The position numbers and the translations under genes were made by a program. This document shows, one piece after another, positions 24,370-36,756 of a stretch of 61,002 nucleotides of DNA (positions within the stretch are counted from its first letter, which is position 1; every line of letters begins with the position of its first letter). The stretch spans positions 35,752,044-35,813,045 of the forward strand of contig NC_068998.1 in assembly GCF_001194135.2 (NCBI RefSeq). The letters run 5' to 3'. Origin of the DNA: Octopus bimaculoides. Its lineage: Eukaryota. The notes below the pieces were generated by a model. That model was not told the DNA's origin and did no database searches. It worked only from the letters and a program-made list of their open reading frames with translations.

Positions 24370-25030
24370 GATGCCAAGACTCTTCCTAAGTATCCTAGTT
24401 GTCTCTAATAATACCATTTTATACCTGTTTCCCCAATCTATTTATTCAAATCTTTAGGAATAGTTCCCAATGCACCAATAACTAAAGGGATACATTTTAT
24501 CAGTACTTTTTATAGCCTCTGTAACTCAATGACTAGGTTCTAGTACTTTGTTATTTTCTCTATACCACTCATGTTGACTTTTTCAACATTTGGGACTGTA
24601 AAGTCAATTATCTGGCACTTTTATTCTTTTTGCCTACTACTACTAAATCAGGCATTCTAGCTTCTATTACTCTGTCAGCCTGAATGTTAAAATCCCACAA
24701 CATCTTATATTCCTTACTTTCTAGTATTTTACTACGTTCATGTACATACCCCTTATCAGTATGGTCAAATCCTAGCTTTCTATATAACACTCAGTGGATT
24801 GCTCTCCCTAGATTTTCATGTCTTTTCTTGTATTCTTTCTGTGCCAGCATGCTATCTTCACTTACTATATGAGTAAGACTTTCCTCTTTTGATTTGCATA
24901 ACCTACATTGGGAATTTACCTGGTTTTTGTCTATCTTGGCTTTTATCCACTTAGTTCTCTCAATGCTTGATCTTGTACTGTTGCTAACAAACGTTCTACC
25001 TCCCTTTTCAGCCTTCATTTCCATGTTTTA

Positions 25031-25079
<49 letters not shown>

Positions 25080-25240
25080 NNNNNNNNNNNNNNNNNNNNN
25101 NNNNNNNNNNNNNNNNNNNNNNNNNNNNNNNNNNNNNNNNNNNNNNNNNNNNNNNNNNNNNNNNNNNNNNNNNNNNNNNNNNNNNNNNNNNNNNNNNNNN
25201 NNNNNNNNNNNNNNNNNNNNNNNNNNNNTCATTATTATTA

Positions 25241-25326
<86 letters not shown>

Positions 25327-25440
25327 TCTTGCAGCGATCTTTGGGAATCCACCTTGCAAAGCCTTCTCTTGCCAGTCAGATAAACTTTCTTCACTATTAC
25401 CTACACAGGAGGCCACATCTGCTCTAGCTAACTCCACACA
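24370..25440 (-). mobile_element. R4/Dong-like RLE LINE 3' fragment interrupted by an (AAT)n array
   Basis: WQEKALQG, then the array and gap, then MKAE..TKWIKAKID..CRLCKSKEESLTHIVS (CCHC), KEYKKRH, LWDFNIQADRVIEARMPDLVV (RLE). Confidence 0.9.
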
Positions 25441-25466
25441 GTCTTCTACTTATAATCCTCTTCTTC

Positions 25467-25517
<51 letters not shown>

Positions 25518-25538
25518 GTCATTATATTATTATCATCA

Positions 25539-25612
<74 letters not shown>

Positions 25613-26099
25613 TTCCCCTTTAATTTCATTACTTCTCCAGGCACAGGTTGCTTCGGACAAAATGCCTCAGGTGCCGGCACTTTCAGCTAGCTCTGGGGTC
25701 TCATGACACATGACAACATTTACGAATTAAAGAAAATATCTGTAGTGTACCTTACACGAATATTTCTACTTCATTGCAGTATTATATTGTACATACCACA
25801 AAAAAAAAATATTAAAAAATAATATGTAATGTGCGTTGCTTAATAGGTAAGGTACTCGTGCATGATCATCAGGCTGTGGGTTCAAGATAAAATACTCCGA
25901 AATGCTTTATCTTACAGTCTAGATAGGTGGCACTGCGAGCTGATTCAGGTATATTTTCACAATCTGTCCACATTGAGAAATTTTCTTCATGACAAAACAG
26001 TGAATGGCTTGCTTACGAATTCGAACGTTCCACAAGCGTATTTGAACTGGTAATAACATTGCATTTAATATTCTATTTTCTTTTTATTATTATTGCCGA

Positions 26100-26260
26100 A
26101 ATTGAGGATGGAGGATAGGCAGATACTTGGAGTGTCGGACAAAGTGTTTTGCGGTAGTTGTTCTCGCTTTTGACATTTTGAGCTCGAATTATGCTAAGGT
26201 CAAATTAATTTCTTATGATTCTGGGGTCGATAAAATAAAATGCCAATCGAGTACTAAAAT
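26100..26260 (+). mobile_element. SINE family A, very degenerate, plus orientation
   Basis: GAGCTCGAATT..GGTCAAATT..GGGGTCGATAAAATAAAATGCCA corresponds to the family-A core. Confidence 0.5.
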
Positions 26261-26848
26261 CGCTATTATTAACTAACACTTTTCACAGGCCTGTATTAGA
26301 AGTGTTTGCTGTTTATCTTTCAAATCACCCAAACAACGGAATTTAAAAATCTGAGATTGCTGTTTCGTACATAAGAAAAACACATTGTTGAAAAGACTGA
26401 AAGATGGTTTTCACAGAATTCACAGAAAATTCTGACGAGAATCGCGACAAGAATGCTTGTGGTGTTGTAGAAATGACACTTGGTGGTTATGTTTGCATTT
26501 CAGTCGGCTTACAAAGGAGAACTGTGTGTCGCGGATATGATGTCCATCTGTTGAAACGTATCGAGACTTCATGTGGATGACGTTTGAGTGCAGAAGGAGA
26601 GGGGAGGAAGTTTCCAGTTGTGTCATTTGCAATGTGTGCATGTTTCTGCACTTAGAGGTCACAGCGAGTGGGTAATTGAAGTAGAGAAAGACGGGATTAC
26701 CAAACCCTTGAAATATTCCTAAGTTAATTAAATGCGGGGATTAGAAAGTGCAGGACGGTCGACGTGTCTTGCGATGAAGCAACTTCACAAGAAACTCCTG
26801 ATGATGAATAGTGTTAGAGATGAGTAGTAATTGCTGCTGTTGTTGTTG

Positions 26849-26880
<32 letters not shown>

Positions 26881-26914
26881 GGTGGTGGTAGTGGTGGTGG
26901 TCTATATGGTAGTA

Positions 26915-27290
26915 AAACTGCTGATGTATAACCCCAAGTTGGATCTGTTCAAACAGACCTATGACCTAAAAACATTCTACTCGTGACCATCCAGCCTTTT
27001 AAAACTTTTATAGGTCTAGATCAAGCATGGACCACTTTTTACGAGAAGCGGGTTGCATGAGACATGGATCATCCTCAGGATGGCCGCACTATGACAAAAC
27101 GTTATTTTCCCCGTGAAATTAGACGTGCCATTTAGAAAACCCGGCGGGCAGCGCTTTGTCCATGATCGGGCTAGAGTATCTGATGTATCCTTATGCTTTT
27201 GTAAAGACAGTAGGGTTTTGATTTAAAAGAGATTTAGTCGTTATTTCTACCAGGTCGAGCAACCACGTAAAGGCTCTTTCATTCGGTCAT
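26915..27290 (+). mobile_element. Interspersed repeat family E
   Basis: TATAACCCCAAGTTGGATC..CAGACCTATG and GTAAAGACAGTAGGG..ATTTCTACCAGGTCGAGCAACCACGTAAAGGCTC are mirrored at 35895-36070. Confidence 0.55.
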
Positions 27291-27381
27291 TCTGAGATGT
27301 GTAGTGCCTGTATATGAACAAATTTCTGGCAGGTTCTAATTCATGGTACAACTGAAAGATTTAACAGCAAAAACTTGTCTG

Positions 27382-27423
<42 letters not shown>

Positions 27424-27559
27424 GATAGCTAGCTAACTAGATAGATAGATAGACAGACAGATAGATAGATAGATACACACACACACACACACACATACAT
27501 ATACATGTCCTTTTTTGCAAGTAAGTCTGTACTTTATCATTCTGACGTGACTCTATCTT

Positions 27560-27589
<30 letters not shown>

Positions 27590-27598
<9 letters not shown>

Positions 27599-28146
27599 AT
27601 CTACCTACCTATCTTTCTTCTTACCCATCTCCCCCTCTCGCTCTGCTTCCTTCTGTTATCTTGGCTTCTACTTCAATGCTATACACTTCTGTCTCTTCCT
27701 CCTTGTTCCACTTCCCCTCCCTACCATCCTCTCTCTCTATCTTTCTACCTATCCCTCTATTCTCTACCTATCTATCTTTCTTCTCACCCATCTCGCCCTC
27801 TCGTTCTGCTCCCTTCTGTTGTCGTGGCCTCTACTTCACTGCTATACACTTCTGTCTCTTCCTCCTCGTTCCACTTCCTCCCTCCACCATCTTCTCTGCT
27901 CTCGTGTGACCTGTGGTCAACTTTCTTTTCATTCCAGCCGCTGTGAAGGCAAGACGAATTACTAGCGTTCTACATCAGATTCGCGTTTGGCCGTACGGCT
28001 TTTTAATGTTGTTTTCACTGTCCAATTTTTCCTGTCTTGGTTTGTGTTTGCCACCTTGGAATCCTCTGTTTAGTGGGTTGATCCACTACTCAGGAAGAGA
28101 CTATTCTAGAGTACGTTATGCCTTATCTTCGAAACGTCGGGTTAGA
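27590..28146 (+). mobile_element. Possible Penelope-like element LTR region with a ~165-bp tandem duplication
   Basis: 27594-27730 is repeated at 27760-27890. Terminal GAAGAG..CGAAACGTCGGGTT resembles a PLE minimal-hammerhead context. Truncated by a gap. Confidence 0.4.
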
Positions 28147-28566
28147 NNNNNNNNNNNNNNNNNNNNNNNNNNNNNNNNNNNNNNNNNNNNNNNNNNNNNN
28201 NNNNNNNNNNNNNNNNNNNNNNNNNNNNNNNNNNNNNNNNNNNNNNNNNNNNNNNNNNNNNNNNNNNNNNNNNNNNNNNNNNNNNNNNNNNNNNNNNNNN
28301 NNNNNNNNNNNNNNNNNNNNNNNNNNNNNNNNNNNNNNNNNNNNNNNNNNNNNNNNNTGTGTGTGTGTGTGTGTGTAGCAGAAACTCCCCACCCCCATCG
28401 TCGGCTGGGCCAAAAAAAAACTAAGTTATTCTCTTAGATTGTATTGAACATAAATAAGAAATGGCAGTTAACTTTCATGTAGATGATAGAGTAGTATCCT
28501 TCTCGAAAACATAGAAATGACTGTCAACTTTCATGTGAACGATAGAGCTGTTTCCTTCTGGCCAAT

Positions 28567-28900
28567 ATCATCATCGGCATCGGCAGCAATTTATCGTGTG
28601 TCCGATGATTTATTTGGCTTCTTGACCGCTTCTTCCCTTCTGTCCATGTTTATTCCTCTGATGACTAATGAGGCCGACCCTTGCATAGAAGCATCTATTG
28701 CAAAGTTCACAAGGGATCCGTGGTAGAAGCTTTAGTTGTTGCATCCTCCATTTTTTTTCTTGTCGTTTTCTTTTTGTCAAAATATAATAGCTCTGGCTGC
28801 TTCAGATGCCAAGGTATCAAAAATTGTCAAAGTGTAGTACAACGGTTTTGCTATGGAATGGTGAAACAATGATTTCGCTTTCTGAAAAAGCAACGTTTTG
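28567..28900 (-). mobile_element. RTE-clade LINE 3' end
   Basis: Minus frame PCELCNRCFYARVGLISHQRNKH is the C2H2-like C-terminus typical of RTE/BovB ORFs. It is followed by a GCCGATGATGAT tail. Confidence 0.75.
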
Positions 28901-28974
28901 GACTTACGATACTTTTGCATAATAACAATGATATATATATATATATATTTATATATATTTGTTTGGGGTTTTTT

Positions 28975-30665
28975 CTCTAAATTTCTGTCCAAGGACTGAG
29001 GACACGCTGGGGCACCGCCGTTTACTTTGCTACACTTTCACTAAACCTCTTCTGATACGTTACATTTGGTGGCTGAGGGAGTTTGACTTTGCTGACCTCA
29101 TCTGTGTTTCTTGCCTAGAGGTTGGTTCATCCGGAACTCTTGAGAGGAGATTTAGTTTTGCTTTGAAAAATCCTACATCCACGTCATGCATGGTGGGAGG
29201 ATATTGAAGAGATGTGGGCCTTTGAAACAATTTTGCTGTTTGTGTAAGTGACAATGCCAAAGTTTGGAACAAATTTTTCTAGGATTTTTCAAATGTATAT
29301 TATTGCATATCTTTCCTACCTTCGCCCCAGAGAGTAGAGTCTTAACTCTTTCAGTCTCTTCCAATAGCTGATATACCGCATTGTATCGATCTCCCTTGTG
29401 TAGCTCCGCTGGTTCGCCTCGAGTTCCGTCGTTGATTTTACAGTGCTTGGTGGCCACAGTTGGGTGCAGTAATCCAGGCGGTTGAAAACGAAAGTCCTTC
29501 AGGGGACCATCAAGGTTTCCTTTTCCACTGTTTTAAACGTTCGAAAGATCCACCCGTCCAAACATCTGCATTTTATTGCCAAATTAGTAATATGCACCTG
29601 TAAAGATGCATCATTACTTAGGTCAATGCCCAGGTGACGCACTGATTTTGATTCAGGGATTGAAATCTCTTCAGTGTATCCCATCTGCTTTTCATTGAGC
29701 TTCCTGTGTTGGTAGCGCAAGGCTTGGAATTTTCCAGCATTAAACTGCATGTTATTTTACTCCGCCCACCTGTATATTACTTCCAACTTATGTTGCAGAA
29801 GCGCAACATCTTTAGGGTTCTGCATCCTCTGAGAGACTTTTGTATCTTCTGCATTGCTTGCAAGGGTAGGTACTTGAGCAGCTGAGTGCATGTCAGGGAG
29901 GGACGCTATGAATAGCAGTGGCCCCAGGACAGTTCCCTGTGAAACACCACTCGCTATTTGTATTTTCTTGGAGGTGGCCATGTTGACCACTATTACCTGA
30001 CTTCTATCTTTTAGAAAGTCATGTAGCCATTCTCCAAGTTTTCCAAATATGCTAAGATTTCGGAGCTTGTGACAAATCATACCATAGTCGACTCTGTCAA
30101 AGGCATTTATAAAGTCGAGATATATCACGTCCACATTTAAGTTGTTGAGCAGCTGCTTAAGCACCTAGTCGTAATGCTGCAAGAGCTCTGTCAGGCAGCT
30201 TCTATTCGGTCGAAAACCATGGTGGGTGTCAGTCAGCAAGTCATTCTCTTCAAGGAATGTAATTAATTTCCTTCGGACTAGTCATTCCATGATTTTGCTG
30301 AATTATGAGGTCAGAGAGATAGGCCTATATTTTTAGCCTCTGCACTGCTTTCTCCTTTATGGATAGGGCATATTATTCCCTCCTTTAGTTTATCTGGGAG
30401 CTTACCATTTGCAAAGAAGCTCTATAAAAGTAGTTGCAATAGTTTTTGCAAGGATTCGTTTGCATGACTTGAGGAGGATTGCTGGGAATCCATCGGGGCA
30501 AGCAGCTGGGTTTGCGTCTGTATCATTTATTGCTAGCATTACATCCTTTTCTTCGATGCTGATGTAATCAATTCTTACTGCCTACCATTCAGCTTCTGTA
30601 GCTGTGAAGAATTCTACAGGTTTGTGCGTATAAACTTTTGATTTATGATCTCTAGTATTTCAGTC
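28975..30665 (-). mobile_element. CR1/L2-group LINE, RT region to 3' end, pseudogenised
   Basis: PDGFPAILLK, YRPISLTS, HGFRPNRSCL, VDVIYLDF.NAFDRVD, SGVSQGTVLGPLLF, MQFNAGKFQ, GPHLFNILP and LDLLLSRVPDEP-type motifs. Confidence 0.95.
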
Positions 30666-30668
30666 TAT

Positions 30669-31640
30669 AACTAAAGCAGACATCGCACAAGCATGGTTTA
30701 TATCTAGTACAAGATAACTAAAAACATATGTACTATAATTTATTGAACTTAAGTATTACAACAAACAAAAATGCAAATCGTTTTTCTTAGGCGAATATAG
30801 TGTGACGTTGACAATATTAATTCAAAGTTATTATTCATTCTGCAAATTTTAGTTTCTTGATCCAATGCTAAAAACTACCAGTAGGGGCAAAAATGAAAAG
30901 ATTGTTCTTACTCTCCGATCTGGAGCCTCAACATATAACTGACTGTGTGAAAAACAGTCCCCCCTCTATTTGCAAAGCAGTAACTTTCAAGGTCTGATCT
31001 TAGGGCTTATTAATGGACATCACAATGACAGACGTATTGGAAATTGAAGTCGTTTGAATTCGAAGGGCATACTGAAAGGTATTAAAGGTAAGCGTGGAAT
31101 AAAAAACATTTTCACCTTTTCCACAAAAAGAAATTATTGTGGGTGGCCTGTATGACATTTCTCGTTAATTTCTTCACAACAAGGTTTGTGCCATTGCACA
31201 GCTTTAGTTGAAACAAGTTCTGCAGAAGCATGAATAGAGTGCCTATTTTCAATGGAAGGCAATGGGGAGGAGCTCCTTTTGGATCCAGTAAGTTAAAGAC
31301 TTCAACCGGGTAATTGACAATTTCCGAGTCATCAGCAACAGAGTTTATAGATTTGTTAGTATGTTCATTTCCTGGTAAAAGTTTCTCGAGTCTTTCATTT
31401 AAATCATTCACAGGAATGTTCTTTGGTGCCATCACTGATCTTTCGCACAACCATTGTCAACGTCGGCGATTGTCGTACGCTGAAGAAAAGCTATTTATAT
31501 TTTTGTTTGCTGGAAGTGCAATAAATTATAGTACGTTTAGTTATCTCACTTAGACCGGTCATTTATTTGGGAACTGCGGTATATACATGTTGGAAAAGGG
31601 CCCCGTAGCACCCTTACGAGGACACCTACAGACGGGGACC
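30669..31640 (-). mobile_element. Helitron 3' fragment (PIF1-type helicase pseudogene)
   Basis: [27 protein letters not shown]...LL.NL...LCNGT.LVV and FEFKRLQFPIRLS, plus a CFSH..LY remnant. Broken by stops and frameshifts. A decayed ..TAGT end lies near 30669. Confidence 0.85.
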
Positions 31641-32838
31641 ACGTCCATTGTCTTCGGCATAAAATTTTAAACAAGAATTAGCTTTTAATTTTTATATAAA
31701 TGCTGTAGCCTTTCTTGTTATGGATGGACAGAAAGACAGACAGACACACAGATACGCGCGCGCGCACAAGCACATGTTCATCTTTGTTATATAGATATAC
31801 ACATATATATATGTGTGTGTGTGTGTGTATATATATGTATGTATGTATATGCGTGTGTATATATATATATATATATATATATNNNNNNNNNNNNNNNNNN
31901 NNNNNNNNNNNNNNNNNNNNNNNNNNNNNNNNNNNNNNNNNNNNNNNNNNNNNNNNNNNNNNNNNNNNNNNNNNNNNNNNNNNNNNNNNNNNNNNNNNNN
32001 NNNNNNNNNNNNNNNNNNNNNNNNNNNNNNNNNNNNNNNNNNNNNNNNNNNNNNNNNNNNNNNNNNNNNNNNNNNNNNNNNNNNNNNNNNNNNNNNNNNN
32101 NNNNNNNNNNNNNNNNNNNNNNNNNNNNNNNNNNNNNNNNNNNNNNNNNNNNNNNNNNNNNNNNNNNNNNNNNNNNNNNNNNNNNNNNNNNNNNNNNNNN
32201 NNNNNNNNNNNNNNNNNNNNNNNNNNNNNNNNNNNNNNNNNNNNNNNNNNNNNNNNNNNNNNNNNNNNNNNNNNNNNNNNNNNNNNNNNNNNNNNNNNNN
32301 NNNNNNNNNNNNNNNNNNNNNNNNNNNNNNNNNNNNNNNNNNNNNNNNNNNNNNNNNNNNNNNNNNNNNNNNNNNNNNNNNNNNNNNNNNNNNNNNNNNN
32401 NNNNNNNNNNNNNNNNNNNNNNNNNNNNNNNNNNNNNNNNNNNNNNNNNNNNNNNNNNNNNNNNNNNNNNNNNNNNNNNNNNNNNNNNNNNNNNNNNNNN
32501 NNNNNNNNNNNNNNNNNNNNNNNNNNNNNNNNNNNNNNNNNNNNNNNNNNNNNNNNNNNNNNNNNNNNNNNNNNNNNNNNNNNNNNNNNNNNNNNNNNNN
32601 NNNNNNNNNNNNNNNNNNNNNNNNNNNNNNNNNNNNNNNNNNNNNNNNNNNNNNNNNNNNNNNNNNNNNNNNNNNNNNNNNNNNNNNNNNNNNNNNNNNN
32701 NNNNNNNNNNNNNNNNNNNNNNNNNNNNNNNNNNNNNNNNNNNNNNNNNNNNNNNNNNNNNNNNNNNNNNNNNNNNNNNNNNNNNNNNNNNNNNNNNNNN
32801 NNNNNNNNNNNNNNNNNNNNNNNNNNNNNNNNNNNNNN

Positions 32839-32874
<36 letters not shown>

Positions 32875-34382
32875 TTTAACTTTCCATATGCGCAATGTGT
32901 CAGAAAATGTTTTTTTTATTTGATCTCTGGTGCGCCACAACGTCAAATGTATTGAGAATCATTAGTTTTTTCTGTCTTCTACATGTGTTATGACATGTTC
33001 AGGAGTTGTTTAATGTAACTGATAGTATTGTTGTCTTCGCTGTGTTTGCTTATGTGTGTATGTGCCTGTACATGTGCGTGTGTTTGTGTGTGGCATGTTT
33101 ATGTTGCTGAATATGACGGCTGGATGTGGTTGATATTCTCTTGTGTTGCTAATAAGGAAGAGACAGTGGTTTTGGTAGGTGCCAGTTTATGTATGTTTCT
33201 TTGGAATCATGTTTCTAGATGCTTTGGAATAGTTGCGAAGCCATGTCACGTGATGGGACAGAGGAATGTGTGAGCATGATGTCATCTGTTACGAAACTAA
33301 TTTTTGAGAAGTAAAGCTAAGGCTGTGTTGGTATAGAGTGGAACGGTGTAAACGAGAGGACGGAAGCTTGTTTCACTCCTCAGGAAAGTGTAAGTGGTGG
33401 TTTTTATTTTGTGCACTGCGTAAGTTTCACGGCATCAAGTGGTAATATTTGCCAACTATGATTTGTGAAAACGCGTGGCCCTCCGACTAGGGAGTTGTGC
33501 TCGCAATTGCGAAAATATGGTTTCGATTTCTCTACTGAAGAGGGTGGGGTACGTTTGTGTTTTTGAGCAAAACATTTATTTTCTCTTTGGTCTGCGGTCA
33601 CTTTGGTGTCTTTGACATGTGGCACACACTGTGCACCTGCACAGGTAATGTTGATTTGATGGAGCGAGTGAGCTTATGTACAGCTCAAACGTTTGATCAC
33701 TATAACCAAGTCATGTGTGCAGCTTGTTCAGGCAGAAGTTGCGGACGATAGAAGTCCTATATTGGAGAGTCTTATAATGGTGCCAAAAAAAAAAAAAAAA
33801 AAGTGTATTAAGGTTTACGCTCAGGAAAAATAGAAGAGAAAAACTCATGTTTCGAACAAATACTCTTCTACTAAAAGAAAAGACGAGGACAAAAAATGGG
33901 GAGAGAAGAATAAATGTGTTTCAGACGTTCATTTCATATATTCTTTTACTTCTTTTAGTCGTTGCCAGCCTTGGTAGAATAATCTTATGATTTAAGCTAC
34001 TTAAGCAGTGGCGTCCTTTTGTTTATCTAGCGCTACATTGGCTAATGTGTCCCTTTTTTTTTAAAGACGGCAGGGTGTGAACTCAAGAAAATTGACAGCT
34101 CCTTCGTCTCTTAAGGTGTTGAACATTTTGTGTTTTGTGTAATAGAGACTAGTGAGGAGGGTAGGTTCAAACGTATTCCTGTCGTAGATGGAAGTTAGTT
34201 TCATGCACGTGCGTGTGTTTATGCGAATGGGTGAGTGGCGTGGTTTTGTGTTTGTGTGAGTATAAAGAGATCTCTGTTGAAAATGTTGTGTGTGTTTATA
34301 TATATATATATATAATTGTTTTAACTTCATTAAAATATTAGTTTCAAATTTTGGCATAAAGTACGGAACTCAACCATCATGC

Positions 34383-34490
<108 letters not shown>

Positions 34491-34674
34491 TGTGTAAAAT
34501 ATATTGTGATGGTTGAATTCCGTACTTTATGCCAAAATTTAAAACTAATATTTCTATGAAGTTAAAACAATTATATCTGCTTTATTTAATTGTAGAACAT
34601 TTCTCCAACTATTGTCTTCGCTAAATTACTCTTGAGCCTGCACCGTCAAAACTTGCACTCATTTCATACATACA

Positions 34675-35255
34675 TCGGTTTCAAATTTTGGCACAAGGCC
34701 GGCAATTTCGGAGGCGGAAATAAGTCGACTAAATCGATCCCAATATTTTATCGACCACCAAAGGATGAATAGTGAAGTCGACCTCGGTGGCATTTGAACC
34801 CAGAACGAAAAGACGGGCGACATAATCTTTTCTACTCTAAGCACAAGGCCCGAAATTGTGGGGAAGAGGGCCAGTCGATTAGAGCCACCCCAGTATGCAA
34901 CTGGTACTTAATTTATCGACTCCAAAAGGATGAAAGTCAAAATCATCTGCGGCAGAATTTGAACTCAGAACGTAAAGACAGACGAAATACCGCTAAGCAT
35001 TTCGCCCCGGCGTGCTAACGTTTCATATTTCTTTATTGCTCACAAGGGGCTAAAGATAGAGTGGATAAACAAGGACAGACAAAGAGATTAAGTCGATTAC
35101 ATCGACCCAGTGCGTAACTAGTACGTAATTTATCGATCTGAAACGATGAAAGGCAAATTCGACCTCGGTAGAATTTGAACTCAAAACATAACGACAGACG
35201 AAATATCGCTAAGCATTTCGCCCGTGCTAACGTTTCTGCCAGCTCACCGCCTTAT
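34675..35255 (-). mobile_element. SINE family A, three head-to-tail copies
   Basis: Repeated GGCACAAGGC..GTCGA..TATCGAC..AAAGGATGAA..GTCGACCTCGG..TTTGAACTCAGAACG..CTAAGCATTTCGCCC units. Confidence 0.92.
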
Positions 35256-35559
35256 GCCTTACGTACATATATTAAAAGTGATTCATATTCATGATTTATG
35301 TCAGTAAATGCAGAGTCTAGTGCCCACAGTTTAGTTCTTTTGGTTCGTATGTGAATGTTATTGCCAACAAAGTCCTTTGAAATGTTCGTTACTAAAAAGC
35401 GCTTAAGTCGCTGTACTTAATTCTAAGAAAGATCTTAGTATTACCTTTGAACAAAGGGACATGATAAACTGTGCAGGCAATAAATATGAATGAATAATGC
35501 ATGCGCACCTGTGTGTGTGCGTGTGTGTATGTCTGTGTATGTCTGTGTGTGAGTGTGTG

Positions 35560-35591
<32 letters not shown>

Positions 35592-35894
35592 CGCGTGTGT
35601 GTGTGTGTGGTTGAGATCTTGTCCTTTGTCGCCATATCTTCCTCATCCCTCCCTCTTTGAGGCCTACTCCTGTCAATCTTCACTTCACCTCGCCTAGCAC
35701 GTTTTACTCTATTGATTGTCTCTGAATCTAACTCTCTTCTGTCTCTCATGCTTCTACAGTTACACTCCAGCAGGACAGAAAAATAAATGCATATACAAAT
35801 AAATACACGATGAAGTTTATTATGCTAGACTCATAATTTTTAGTCGTTGCTGATTTATATTTTGGTAGAGTTGTTCTTGGTGGTGGTGGTGATG

Positions 35895-36070
35895 GTGGTG
35901 TTTAATCCAAGGTCAACTGTAACCTGGTAGTCTGATGGTGAAAGATTTTTCTGAGCTCTGTTATTGTACAATCAAACGTTCCTTCTCTGTTTAAGACAGT
36001 AGAGTGAGATCTAAAACACACCTGGTAGCTGTTTCTAGCTAATCGAACGACTACGTAGAAGTTCTCTCGT
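35895..36070 (+). mobile_element. Interspersed repeat family E, second copy
   Basis: TTTAAGACAGTAGAGTGAGATC..GCTGTTTCTAGC..CGAACGACTACGTAGAAGTTCTC matches 27205-27285. Confidence 0.5.
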
Positions 36071-36701
36071 GTGTCGTTTGTGTATTATGTTTGACTGTAT
36101 CCCAAAATGTTATTTGTTGAGTAATTAGGGTTCAATTTTTGTTTCTTTCTGGGATGTTTCGGGAAGCGTTTCTAATTATTTTGTTGTACTGGAGTATTCT
36201 ACGTTAACGATTACGATGTTGTTTGTTGCTCAACCCATGTCAGCGTGGGAGAGTGTACATAAAATAACGATGATGAAGATGATGATAAAGAAGACGAGGA
36301 GAAAAGAGAAAGAGGAGGAAGGGGAGGAAGGGGAGAAGAAGAAAGAGGAGTCATAATATATATCTAATAAACATATTTAGCCTTGTTATAAAATTAAATC
36401 CACGTGGCTAAACTCCATGACCTTCAAAGCCCAGAATGAGGGCAGATCCCAGGCGAGTCTTTCTTAAGACTCATCAGGGATCACTTAGATTGCCTTTCAA
36501 GCTATTGAAGATAAATTACGATGAGGTGCAACTGAAAATGTAAATAAGACTGTGAGAAACATAATGCCATTTACATAATGATACCAGGTTGACGACCGGG
36601 AATTTAATTATAAGAACACCCCTACTGCAGGGGTTGCGTGCGTGTGTCCATGTGTGTGTGCACGTGCATGCATACACACACACGCGTGCACATGTGTGTA
36701 T

Positions 36702-36756
<55 letters not shown>

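Noticed and set aside
26490-26700. Plus-strand exon after the good acceptor TTTGCATTTCAG
   Set aside because: All three frames hit stops within 25 codons and no strong donor occurs before them.
31112-31450. PIF1 helicase as a host gene
   Set aside because: Intronless, broken by stops and frameshifts, with Helitron-type motifs and terminus.
34675-35255. Regularly spaced similar units resembling a CRISPR or satellite array
   Set aside because: The units are 170-250-bp diverged SINE copies in a eukaryotic genome, with no short identical repeats or spacers.
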